A DNA stretch of 64,000 nucleotides from Eutreptiella sp. 'Long Island Sound 2002' (Eukaryota > Protista > Euglenida): positions 145,638,001 through 145,702,000 of the forward strand of contig OZ038378.1 of the NCBI GenBank assembly GCA_964036045.1, written 5' to 3'. The position numbers and the translations under genes are program-made. The notes below the pieces were generated by a model. It saw only the letters and a program-made list of their open reading frames with translations. It made no database searches and was not told the origin of the DNA. Shown one piece after another: positions 11,828-23,606 of the stretch. How positions within the stretch are numbered: the stretch's first letter is position 1; every line of letters begins with the position of its first letter.

Positions 11828-12092
11828 CGGATGTGATGCGGCATCGTCGTCCCCACGCCCGTGACGGGGACGGCCCACAGGTCCCCGTACCACAGGTTCA
11901 GGGTGTGGGCCAGGCAGTGTGCGGCCATGGGCTGCCCCGCGAAGATGATCCCCTGGAACGCGGCCCCGAGCTCCTCGCGCTGCCTCTGCAACAGCTCCAG
12001 CAGCACGGTGACCTTGGGGTGGACCTCCATCGGCTGGGCGCCGGGGTCCGTCTCGCGCTCCTGCAGCGCCGCTGCGAACTGCTGCACCGTTT
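11828..12092 (-). CDS. Dicer-like gene exon: start of Hel2 (motif IV)
   Basis: cccgcag|AA...CG|gtaacc, 265 nt. HPKVTVLLELLQ...FQGIIFAGQPMAAHCLAHTL...VTGVGTTMP matches PKVxxLLxxL...RGIIFVExRxxAxxL. Confidence 0.85.
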
Positions 12093-13860
12093 CTGCGGGA
12101 CACCCATCGCGACGGGTGCGACGCGCGCGCACCACCCCCCCCCCCCCCCCCCCCCCCACACGCCCCACCACGCCCCCCGCGCCGCCCTGCCCCGGCACAA
12201 CACGCCGTACCCCGTACGCAAGCACGCCCCGATGAGACGCCGCCGCCGACGGGCTGCGGGTCACGCGCGACACAGACCTGTGGCACGGCGCTGCCGCGGC
12301 CGCCCTCCCGGAGGCCCGGTGCCGGGGGGCGATCCGCGCGCAGGACTGCACCACGGCTCCGGTGGGGGGGGGGGGGGGTGCGGCACCCGTCGAATGGCGC
12401 CGGCCGACCAGCCCCTCATGCCCCAATCGCTGTGGGGCGGTCGGGCGTGGGGCGACCAGGAGCACCGACGTGTCGGTACCCAAGGCATCCAAAGGAATGC
12501 GATCGGCCCCTGTTCCTGTTTGGCCTGAAACAGCCCGTTTCCCGTCCGAAAACGGGGGCGTTTTGGGCCAAATCGGTTTAGAAGAGGGACCGGCATTTTC
12601 ACACGTCGGTGAGATAGACCCCGGGCCCGGGCTCAGTTTCAAGGCCGTTTCATGCAGGTCTCAGACCGTATGCATAAGCCCCCCCCCCCCTGTGTGACAT
12701 TCCGTCGGGTTGTTGTTCCTTTACGGGGCCCTGGACAGTCACCCGGTCTTCCCTTCGCATGTTGCGTTGGGTCGCTGCGTTCTGTCGGCCGCTGTGGCCG
12801 GTGCTCCTGCTGGTGTCGCTTCCGCGTTTGTGGAGCCCAGTGGTTACCCCCCCCCCCCCTTGGGGGGCAGCGTTTTCCCACGATGGAGCCAAACTTGGAA
12901 ACAATCCCAAAACGTGGCAAACCGCACGAAGTTGGCACATTCTGAATGTCCCCGAGAGCGTTGGGTCCCTTGAGAAGCCCGTGCCCCGGGACGCACTGTG
13001 CGTGTGGGGTGGGGTGGGGGGTGGGTGGGGGGGGGGGCATGACCGCAGCACTGGGTCACCGGACAGAGTATCGCGGGTCTTCAAGAAGGGCCCGCATCAC
13101 GCCACGTGAGCCACCGCAGGAGCACCCACCAGCACAACCAGACGCATCCTGCATCCCCCCCACGTCAGCCGGCCCCGCCTCCACAATGCGCACCCTCTTG
13201 GGCATCCCCAGACGCCCCGAGGGCAGGCGTCCTGGTCACGGTCACGTCGGGCAGCGGCGAGGCGACTAAGTCCCCCATCCTCAACGTTCGTGCGGCCGGC
13301 ATTTTTGCACGTCGGTGAGATAGACCCCGGGCCCGGGCTCATTTTCAAGCCCGTTTCATGCAGATCTCAGAACGTATGCACGTACCCCCGTCCAGAAATC
13401 CAGGTGCATTCTGGATTCCGCAGTAGTGCGGATGCCTGCTTGTCATAGCAGAAGGTTCAAGGGCGAGAGGCCAATAGGCGCCGCCACAGGCCAACAGAGC
13501 CACCCACCAAGGCCTTGTACCAACCCCCCCCCCCCCCGTGGGACACTCAGTGGGCACAAATGAGGCGACAAGGGCTCCGACCCCAAAAAAATGCACAAAG
13601 TTTCCAGGATCGCAACCGTCCCCGAGAGGCATTTGTCGTCACAGATGCGGCGCACGTTGCAGCCCCGCCCCCCGTCCGAGACCCCGGTCCCCTTCGGGAT
13701 GTTGGGGGGTCGGCGGGGGCCACCGGCCCGCGAGTCGCGGGACCGGGGCACGTGCGCTGGGCCGCGATGCGGGGGTTGGGGGGGACGGCCGAGGGGGATG
13801 ATGGGGGGCGCGCTGCCCCATGCCCTGCCCCCCAGGCCCCGCCGCCCGCGCGGCCCACAC

Positions 13861-14170
13861 CTCCCAGGCCCTTGCCCCTCTCCGGCCTCGCGTGGGCCAG
13901 GTCCCGGAGGAAGCGCTCCATGTGCAGGGGGAGGCACTCGCGCACGTAGAACAGGAATGGCGTGGGGCCCAGGTCGCGCTGCACGGCCTGGCCGGCCGCG
14001 ATCACCCGCGCCTCGTTCCCCACGAGCGCGCGGAGTTCGTCCGGCACCCAGGCCAACGCGTTCTGGAGCCTCTCCTCCACCCAATCGTCGAGGTTGTGGT
14101 CGGACTCGGGGTACGGGACTCGGTAGGACTCGGGGACGGGGCAGTCCTGCTCCGGGCGGTGTACATTGGC
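13861..14170 (-). CDS. Dicer-like gene exon: Hel2i insertion domain
   Basis: ctgcag|GCC...GGA G|gtgtgg, 310 nt. ANVHRPEQ...QRDLGPTPFLFYVRECL contains HVxxP and xLGP features; phase 1 matches the next exon. Confidence 0.8.
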
Positions 14171-16159
14171 CTGCAGACGGAGGCGCAGCCCGGGGACCAC
14201 CACTGCGGCAAGGGAAGGGGACACGGGCACGGCAACGGAAAGGTGGTGGGGAGGAGGTCCCCGACCGCATCGGAACGCGGTGCCACTGCGCGCGGTCCAG
14301 TGCGGACAAACCCGTACAAAGGGTCTGACTTTTGGTCTGGTGCACACTGCAACAGTTTTGAGATATTTTGTGCTTTTGTGGCACCACGGTCCGGTTCCCC
14401 AACAAAACATGCAAGTGACGTACCGAGCAACCAATGAAATGTCCTGCGCTGAAATGACCCTTTCTCCCAGCCATTATGCCTGATATGGGGTTTCTTGGGA
14501 CTCATTTGAATAGTGAGACCATGCTCTATCCAGAAAAAAAGGGTTTGAAGATTTTTCATCAGTTTTGACTGCGCAGTTGCCCACCCGCAGCACTGGGCCA
14601 CCGGACGGAGTATCGCGGTTTTTCAAGAAGGGTCCTCTTCACGCCACGTGAGCCACTGCAGGAGCACCCACCAGCACGACCAGATCCCTCCCGCATCCTC
14701 CGCCTGTGGCTGTCCCTGCCTCCATGATGCACACCCTCTAGGGCATCCCCCTACTCACCGTCTTCACCGCATCTACTTTCTGGATCACGCCAACCATGCC
14801 TCTTGGGACCCATCATTGCCCGGTCTGCCGTGCGGGTGTTCGAGAGGAGCAACTGCATGCTCGTGCAACCATGCTACCATCCCAATGGGGGGGGCGGTTT
14901 CTTGGAGCAAACGCCTTATCACAACGTCCCACTTCAACGAACATGTTTGTGAGTTTCGCGGAGCGATGGCACCTTCACCAGGTATGAGCAAAATACCAGT
15001 CGCCTCGGAGGACGGAGTGAAAGCCAAAGGCTGCGTCTCCACTGGCTGGAGTTCACCATGATCCACCCGAAATGATTCTCTCAATCTGAAAGCGTCATCG
15101 CTAGCAAAAGCTCGGCCTGTCTCCTCTGACACAAGCAACAAAGCACTAGATCGTCAGGGAACCAAATGGCAGAGCCCGCACATAGCGGATGCCGAACAAA
15201 ACCTGTGCAACTGTCAAAGTCGGGAGCACGTGTGCGCACTATACCATGGGGGGCGGTCCATACCCGCTACACCACGACTGCTACAACATGGTTGCCATCC
15301 CATGACTCCCATAACGACCAAACCGTGGATGCTCTACCACACCACTGTTATGCACTTTGGTACCGTGCAAAGACCTATTGGCGAGCACACAAAGCCCGGG
15401 CGCTGATCTGACGCAATCTTCACATGTGAACAAAGCATTACCTCAGAAACCATGCACAAACCAACCAACAAACAAACAAACTCACTAATAATGCATCAGA
15501 ATGGCACGAGCGGGTGCAAAGTGCGCAGCACGAGCCAGCCCAAGGGCCATCCCGAAGTCCCTGCCCTCCCCAACCAATTGTGCTACAAAGCGCGCTGGGA
15601 GCGGATCTTCTTTGTAGGCCCCTTTGACGCACGCTATGGAGGCCACCACTAGTTCCGGGTAAAAACCCTTGTCGGCTCATCCACGAACAATGGAGGCCAT
15701 CTTGGTTTGCATGTGTGGTTCTTTCTAGGCATCCGTCGGTGCTTTTCGTGTGACCATGGGTAGTGTCGACTGCAACACTGATCTCGCGTTCAATGATTCT
15801 CTATCTGCCCATCTGTCCCAGATTTGACAAGACCGGCTGTGGGTGGGGGGCCGATGTTGAGCGTCTCATGTGAAAACCCGAGTTTGGTGATTATTGGCTG
15901 AAGAGGTGCCGGCCGAACGCACCAAAGGATGAGCCTCCCTGCGTATTCACCTGCCTCCGGTGTTGGGCTTTGGTCGCGACCAACGTCCAGCTCATTGAGG
16001 TCATGGGAAAGAAGGCATGATTACGTAATTATGTTATGGGCACCTCGTAACTACCCCCCCTACCGTGACCATCCCTTCGCAACAGCGTCCACAACCTCAA
16101 TAGGCCGCTGCCCCCTGTGTTATTGTGTGCACACAGCCGAGCTGCTCGTGAAATTAACA

Positions 16160-16272
16160 ACACAACACACAACACACAACACAACACAACACAAAGTACA
16201 ACACAACACAACACAACACAACACAACACAACACAACACAACACAACACAACACAACACAACACAACACAAT
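16160..16272. repeat. (ACACA)n pentanucleotide microsatellite
   Basis: Visible directly. Confidence 0.95.
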
Positions 16273-18622
16273 ACAAAGTGCTCAGCACCTTGGGTAGATT
16301 CTTTTTCTCTATTGTAAATATGCCTCTGTCCTTCGGTGAACCTCGCATGGGAGCAATGTTTTGTGTTTCTTCGGCGGGGGACCGCCATGCCTTAAAAAAC
16401 ACAACACAACACAACAAGAGCTCAAAGACCCTGTGGATTGAAATGTCCATTGCATGTCTTTAATGGTTGAAAATGACAACACAAAGCAAGCTTGATGCAA
16501 AACGAAGTTCTTGGTGCACAATCAAGATCATCAATGAAAGCAAAATACCATGTCACTACAAAGAACAAATTGCAACAAACCTTTGCAAAGAATCAAATGA
16601 TGGTTCCCAAAAAATTGGCTACTGTCCACACAACATCCACATCATCAACTTGTCACAATCCAAATCGGATCGGGTGGTGGTAAAACCCCCCACCCCCACC
16701 CCCAAAATGGACCGGACCATGGATCACGAACACAAAAAAAAACTGGTCCCCCCACCCTTCCTAGTCCCCCGCGGTTACGGTTTGGTTCGGTCACCCGAAC
16801 CAAATCATTTTGTGGGTGTTTGATGAGTGCCAACGTGCAGCTCGCAACCATCCCTTCGCTCACATCCTCAGGAACCATCCCAAAGGGGAAGCGCGGGCGT
16901 ATCCTAGGCCTTACCGGGTCATTTAGCATGTGGGGACACGAAGCAAAATTGGTGTACAGGGAGGAACTCATGTAGGTTGGGGAATACCTCCATCATCTCT
17001 TGTCAATGAATTTGGTAATTCGGCGAAAGCACATGCAATCTGTGAACAACAAGAGACAACAAGAGAGAGGCTCATGAATTTGGTTTTCGAGTTTCGCCTT
17101 CATGCCCCGGTCTTAATGGGCTTAGTCAAGGCAAAGCTTCGCGTCAGACGCTTTATGGGCTAGTTCGTCACACTTCTTGCATGGACTTATCTGTTTGCAT
17201 CATACATGTTTGTGGCTTCCATGATGTTCATTGCTCGCCACGGACGAGATTTAACAAGATCCTTGCATGACATTGGTTCCGCTTATTGCATTTCGTACCA
17301 TAGCGAGTTGAGAGTGAATTACCACCGATGTCGATATGCTTCTCAACACCGCAGCCATATGGCCCCCATTTGTTGAAAAGAGCTCACGTGGCCTTATCGG
17401 ACATGTAGCGTGTGCAAAACGTCACATTTTGCATGGGTTTGGCGGCGAGAGCTATTTGTTTACGAAAGGACACAATGTGATTGTGATGCAAAAGGGTCGA
17501 ATAAGCACGTGTGCGCGCACATTGGTTTGCCCCTTTGAGTCTCACAGTGTTGATTGTGCTCTTGTTAGTCCATTAGCCAAACCGTGTCCCTGTCCTCCGG
17601 TGTCAAAATCTGTGCATAGTTGTTCATGGCGAGGCAGCAACAACATTTCCCAAAAAGATTGTTAATGCACAAAATGTTTGAATTGCCACAGCCATGTTCC
17701 ACCTTTTGTGGTGCCTTTAACGAGCTTGCTTCGCTAAGGCTCTACAAGCTTGTCGCCACCAAACATGTATTGTTATGCATGCTTTGGCGTGACAAACACA
17801 AGTTCATTCATTGCATATTCCTTTTTTCTGCAACAATAATGATGACATGCTATTGCAAACAAGCATGGAGCAAAACCCAATGGATAGAGCAGCGTGTCGA
17901 GTGCGCGCAATGCAACGATTTGTACTTTTCATCGCTATTGAGGGTAATGCACATGTGATCATGCTTATCGTCCTTGCTTGTCGTAGTTTTGGTGAATCAA
18001 GTGTCTGAACACGTGTCGTCAGGGTTGATTGGGATATTTGAAGACAGGATTGCCGTGTACAGATACGCCAATCAATCGCCGTGGTAACCAAATGACACTT
18101 TGCGTCACAACGTCCCTTGAACATCCGTCCCGTGAAAGCTTGCAAACGACACCAAACTGCATTTAAATCAACAGTGAAGACGGACTTGATAACAGCGAAA
18201 CACGGAATGGAGTGCGTGTTGCAAGTGATTCTGTTGTTGAGGAGAACTCTGCGTGTGCTTTCTTAGATTCTACTTTGTGGCCTCGGTTTCCTCCATGACA
18301 TCTTCACAAGCCTTATTGTACTTTGCATTTATGTGCATCACAATGCATAGAGATGTTGTCAAAAGTACTTCACCTTGGCACATACCCCAGTGTTGTGACC
18401 ACATGCTCTCAGGCGATTTGCCGCTGAAATACATTTGGTAATCACTGAAAGCATGTTGCATGAAGTGCAAGGAGTGCGACAGAAGATATTAGCTTCCAAT
18501 AGCGGCCCGTGGCATTTCGTCCACCGTGGCCCCGGGATATGGCTAAGCAGATACGGGCCCGCAGGCAGATACTGTGGATACGAGCACGCGCGTCAAATTT
18601 CAGACCTGCAGATCCTAGCTAG

Positions 18623-18717
18623 CAGAAGCCGCCCCCATGGCATTTTGCGGTCGCAAAATGCCGGCCGATAGGCCGGTCATTTTGCGACCGCAAAATGCCA
18701 CAAGGGGGCGGCTTCTG
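18623..18717. other. 95-nt nested palindrome
   Basis: Stems of 14, 23 and 6 bp around a GATA loop; each 23-bp arm is itself self-complementary. Confidence 0.9.
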
Positions 18718-18789
18718 AAAGTTTTAATATAACAGGGGGCGCATTGCTTTGTTTTCGTTGAATATTTTCTGCCTATGCTGGCATTCCGA

Positions 18790-20290
18790 CTGTCTCAATA
18801 GGTTTTTGTCTCCGTCCGAATGCTATTTTAGAGCTGATTAGGTCAAAACCAATCGCGAAGTTCCAAAGTTTTGTTCAAGTGGTGAAAGAAAAGGCCAAAA
18901 ACAGTTGAAGTAGGTAGAAGAAGCATCCAAATGTGGTTTTTTGAGTCCTCCCGGTGTTTTTCACTCTATTCAATGGGCTTTTGTATCCGTCCGAATGGCA
19001 TTTTCGTGCTAATTAGGTCAAAACTAAGCATGAAGTCCCAATGTATTGATCAAGTGGTGTTAAAAAAGGCCAAAAGCAGTTGCAATAGGTAGAAGAAGCA
19101 TCAAGATGTGGTGTTCTGAGTCCTCCCCGGTGTTTTTCATTCTATTCAATAGGCTTTTGTCTCCCTCCGAATGGCATTTTAGTCCCTCCAAATGGCATTT
19201 TACTGCTTCTTAGGTCAAAACTAAGCATAGAGTTCCAAAGTTTTGTTCAAGTGGTGTTCAAAGACAGTTATAGTACGTAGAAGAATCGTCCAAATGTGGT
19301 TTTCTGAGTCCCACCCGGTGGTTTTCACTCTATTCGATAGGCTTTTGTCTCCCTCCGAATGGCATTTTAGTCCCTCCGAATGGCATTTTAGTGCTGATTA
19401 GGTCAAAACCAATCGCGAAGTTCCAAAGTTAGAAAAGGCCAAAAGCAGTTGAAATAGGCAGAAGAAGACTCCAAATGTGGTTTTTTGAGTCCCACCTAGT
19501 GTTTTTCACTCTGTTCAATAGGGTTTTGTTTCCCTCCGAATGGCATTTTAGTGCTAATTAGGTCAAAACTAAGCATGAAGTTCCAATGTATTGATCAAGT
19601 GGTGTTAAAAAAGGCCAAAAGCAGTTGCAATAGGTAGAAGAAGCATCAAGATATGGTTTTCTGAGTCCCTCCCGGTGTTTTTCACTCTATTCAATAGGCT
19701 TTTGTCTCCCTCCGAATGGCATTTTAGTCCCTCCGAATGGCATTTTAGTGCCGATTGGGTCAAAACTAAGCATAAAGTTCCAAAGTTTTGTTCGAATGGT
19801 GTTCAAAGACAGTTGTAGTACGTAGAAGAATCATCCAAATGTGGTTTTCTGAGTCCCCCCCAGTGGTTTTCACTCTATTCGATAGGCTTTCGTCTCCCTG
19901 CGAATGGCATTTTAGTCCCTCCGAATAGCACTTCAATGCTGATTAGGTCAAAACTAAGCATAAAGTTCCAAAGTTTTGTTCGAGTAGTGTTAGAAAAGGC
20001 CAAAAACAGTTGCAATAGGCAGAAGAAGCATCCAAATGTGGTTTTCTCAGTCCCGCATGGTGTTTTTTCACTCTATTCAATAGGCTTTTGTCTCCGTCTG
20101 AATGGCATTTTAGTGCTAATTAGGTCAAAATTAAGCATTGAGTTCCAATGTATTGTTCAAGTAGTGTTAGAAAAGGCCATCGAAAGCTACAGGGGCTACA
20201 AAGGGCATGCAAAGGTGGTTTTTTTGAGTCCCTCCGATTGTTTTTCATTCTATTTGGAAGGCCCTTGGCTCCCTCCGAGCGATGTTTTAC
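18790..20290. repeat. Tandem array of eight 160-197 bp units
   Basis: GGTCAAAA anchors at 18841, 19016, 19213, 19401, 19561, 19758, 19946 and 20123. Confidence 0.9.
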
Positions 20291-21473
20291 TGGGTTTTAG
20301 CTTGAACCCATAGATTTAGCTCAACTGTTAAATTGGCAACTTCACTACGGAGGAGTTCGGAGCCGGTGAGATCCTGTTCTGCTTCGTTTTGGGTCATATG
20401 TGAGTTGCGTAGTTGGTTTTTGATTGACGGGGCCAAACACAGCATTTGGCGGTGGATTGTGATTTGGATTGAAATGACAAAGGTAGCATCAACCGTCAAT
20501 TTACCTTGAATGTCACAATAGCAACTACGCTGGGGAAGAATTGGAGGGAAAAAAACGCTTTTTGTTCGTCTTTTCGGTCACATGAAATATGTTCCCGAGT
20601 ATAGGAGCCGAGATTAGTGTTTACCTACGCATTGTAGGTGGATCAAGATTACAATGTTAGCATCTACACTGAATTTAGCTTGAATTGCAAAGTAGTAACT
20701 TCACAACGAAAAAGTTGGATGATAGTAGTGCTTTCTTCCAGCTTGTATGCAATGTGACGCGCCAAGTTTTGAGGTGAGCAGCCGCAAGGTATGTGTAATG
20801 GTTGATTGTGGGTTAGATTGAGATGATAATGGTGCCAGCTAGCAATGTTTTAAGTTGAGTATCAAAGTGGCAACTGCACGGAACACAAGATGCAGGTTGG
20901 GGAAAGCCTGTAGGATGAGTTTAGTCTGTGAGCTGCAACAAGCTGCTGTATGTACGTATGTGAAAGCTTCTGGAAGTCGTCAAGCATTCGAGTTTACAAC
21001 ATGTTTATATTTTGTTTACACTGAAGATTCGAACACAGTGCTACAGGTTGTCTCGCTATCAGTCAGATCGCATCCAATTTGCCAGTTTGGTCGTCGTCGT
21101 CGGCAATTATCCGCCGCCGCTTGGATCTGCAGGTCTGAAATTTGACGCGCGTGCTCGTATCCACAGTTTCTGCCTACGAGCCGGTATCTGCTTAGCGGGG
21201 TGCTTAGCCATATCCGTGGCCCCGAGTCCGGGAGGGTCGCGGTCCTCTTCAGGTCGCGTGGGAAGGTGGCTAAATGGGTCGCGGGCGCTGTGGTATTGAG
21301 GCCAGATCCACGTGCTGTCACCCTCCTAAAGTCCCTCCATGCAAACATGGGCCCATGTCACGGAATGTAAGGGAATTCAAACTTGAAGGATAAGTCAAAG
21401 CTTCAAAAAATAATTGGCGTTCACCACATTTGGTGCAGAGTTGTTGCCGTTGTGTGTATGTGCGCGCATGTTT

Positions 21474-21512
<39 letters not shown>

Positions 21513-22316
21513 TGTGGGCGCGCGGAACCTGTCGCCCTTGTCCAGGCCCTTCTCTGCAGTTAAACACAGATTTGTTTGCAGAGGTGCGGCAGTGATGGGC
21601 AAAATTTTTTCGCAGTCTGCGTGTCTTGCAGGTGGCTGCCTTGTGAAAACTGGCGACTGGTCGTGTTGGTTTCCTCTAGCAGAAGGCTTTCTGGTGCTCC
21701 TCACACCAAACTTCGAACTCGCTGAACGGTGGGGAATCCCTGAAAATTTTGCTCCCCCTCGACTTCCCTCAAAATGTCCCCCACCAGGGCACATGGCACT
21801 GTGTGTGGTGGGTACGGGTGGTTGCTTTTGAGTCATCTTGTTTGGGTAACCAGGCTGCAGGAAAAAGAGTCCGGATGCTTTGACATCTTCACCCAGCGCC
21901 CAACCCAGCACAACCAGACCAACCCAGCACAACCACAGCACAAAACAACACTCAAGGAAAAAGTGGTCGCAACTGCTCTCCCGGACAGACATGTTGTTCA
22001 CCCCCGTAATGCAGCAGCAAATGAGGGAAAATGATATGCACATCTTAGGCAACCATGCCGAAGGGTGAGGGGCCTGAATTTCGCAACGCAGCCTGGGCCC
22101 TCGCGTGCCCTCTATTCCTCAGGTCCCACTAATGGACCGAAGCTCGGAACCACTTTTACCTATATCCAGAGCAATTTAGCAACATTTAGAAGTATGCAAG
22201 CCGCACGTTGTTCTGTCGCTGATGCAGTTGCTGATGCAGCCCTAACACTAAACTGGCTCATGCTTTCAGGGGTAACACCAAGCGTAGCAACTTGAAGTGG
22301 AGTAGAAGCTCGATAT

Positions 22317-22469
22317 ATGCCACGTGAAATGGATACCTGGAGCAAAACGACCAGTGGCAAGAGGAACCAGCTGGGGATGAATATGTTCCGACAGCAATCA
22401 GTTCCAAGGAACTTTTGGAGCAATTTCACTGTAACGGTGCCGCGACACGTGACCACGTCTAAAAATGTG
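22317..22469 (+). CDS. PX-domain gene exon (candidate first coding exon)
   Basis: MPREMDTW...FTVTVPRHVTTSKNV|gtatgg; in-frame stop at 22293. Upstream exons (e.g. about 21630-21810) are possible but unproven. Confidence 0.6.
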
Positions 22470-22550
22470 GTATGGCACAGTGCTGCTACCCTCTTCCTGT
22501 CTGTTGCTGTGTTCGGCTGCCACTGCACGCAATTTTTGCTTTTTTTGCAG

Positions 22551-22652
22551 GCTTACATCATCGAGTGCACTGTTGAGTGTCGGAAGGTGAGTAGTGCCTT
22601 CGGCTGGACCGTGGCTCGGCGATACTCGGATTTTGTCGCTTTGAATCAACAA
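22551..22652 (+). CDS. PX-domain gene exon (RRYSDF motif)
   Basis: ttttttgcag|GCT...CAA|gtgtgt; AYIIECTV...WTVARRYSDFVALNQQ. Confidence 0.9.
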
Positions 22653-23030
22653 GTGTGTGGCCCCTGTGGTGCGCGTGAGCGGGTGTCATGCGGTGCAGCC
22701 ACAATGCACAGTGCGCGCTGAATGAATGTGGGCAGGGAAGCGCAGATAGCGGCCGGGTCGTTTCACCATTTTGACCAAAGGTGTACGTGCTTTGGCCGAA
22801 ATGAAGCATGCAGAACTCTGTCGGTGAGAGAGCACCTGGCAAAGAGACAAAACAAGCATGAAGCAGAGTCGCAAACATGTTGTCAGCAGTTGTCATCTTC
22901 AGTCATGTTTCGTGTTGTTTAGAACGCCTGAAATGCGTTTGCAGGGTGTCGTCCACACCGTTCCTTGTTCTACTCCGCACGTTTGATGCTAGTTTTCATT
23001 CACCGGTTTTCCTTTCTGCGGTGCCATCAG

Positions 23031-23145
23031 GTATCTCTGCTCCGCCGAATGGCTTTGTTACAAGCTGAGGACACGGAACAGGACTCCTCTGGTGGCAAAT
23101 ATGACGTGGATGCAGTCCACCTTCCCGAAATCCCTCCGTTCCCAG
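23031..23145 (+). CDS. PX-domain gene exon (proline-rich loop)
   Basis: catcag|GTA...CCA G|gtttgt; ends LPEIPPFP; phases match both neighbours. Confidence 0.75.
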
Positions 23146-23507
23146 GTTTGTGAACGTGTTTTCGCGGCAACATTCGCTGCTTGTGGGCTTAGCAAGCGAC
23201 TCTTCTTCATGCACAGGAGCAAGCCAGTCTGCATTGCCAGTGTACCTGCTCTCGACGCCCTCGAAGGCCGAGGGGGAGGCAGGGGTGCGCAGCTTCTTCC
23301 CCATCAAGAACATGAAGCAAGGCGTTGTACAGGAAATGATGCGTGGCGCCAGTTGAGCCCTTTTCAAGTGTCTGGCTGTCCCTGTTGAGGGGAGTGGACC
23401 CCAACCAACCCCCCGTCACCCATGGTGGCAGATAAACTATGGCCTGGGAACATTCTGCGATTTTCACTTCACAACAGGACTTTCCTGTGACATGCATCCG
23501 TCGTCAG

Positions 23508-23606
23508 GTACGCACTGGTTCTGCCGCACGAACAACGATGAAAGCCGCATCGAACTGCGGCGTGCGGCTTTGGAAGAGTTTCTTCAGAATCTTGTGGCAA
23601 TTGAAC
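23508..23606 (+). CDS. PX-domain gene exon (C-terminal helix)
   Basis: gtcag|GT...GAA C|gtatgc; DESRIELRRAALEEFLQNLV matches IExRRxxLExFL. Confidence 0.9.

Larger units (their letters stand above)
18497..21298. mobile_element. 2.8-kb non-autonomous foldback element with long inverted repeats
   Basis: 45-bp perfect inverted repeat (18571-18615 vs 21123-21167), extending imperfectly outward to caata...tattg; AT-rich interior with no credible ORF. Confidence 0.7.

Noticed and set aside
13194-13265. 72-nt phase 1-1 candidate exon (VASPLPDVTVTRTP...)
   Set aside because: Its donor lies in a repeat also present at about 14585-14750 and its acceptor side abuts a repeat shared with 12605-12675; not needed for the reading frame.
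14750-15420. Possible decayed retroelement or Dicer-like 5' exon (strong donor acg|gtgagt near 14758)
   Set aside because: Peptides too short and unassignable in any frame.
16900-18450. AT-richer stretch with protein-like fragments on minus (e.g. LRALDTLLYPLGF)
   Set aside because: Many stops and frame changes; no family recognisable. May be a decayed element.
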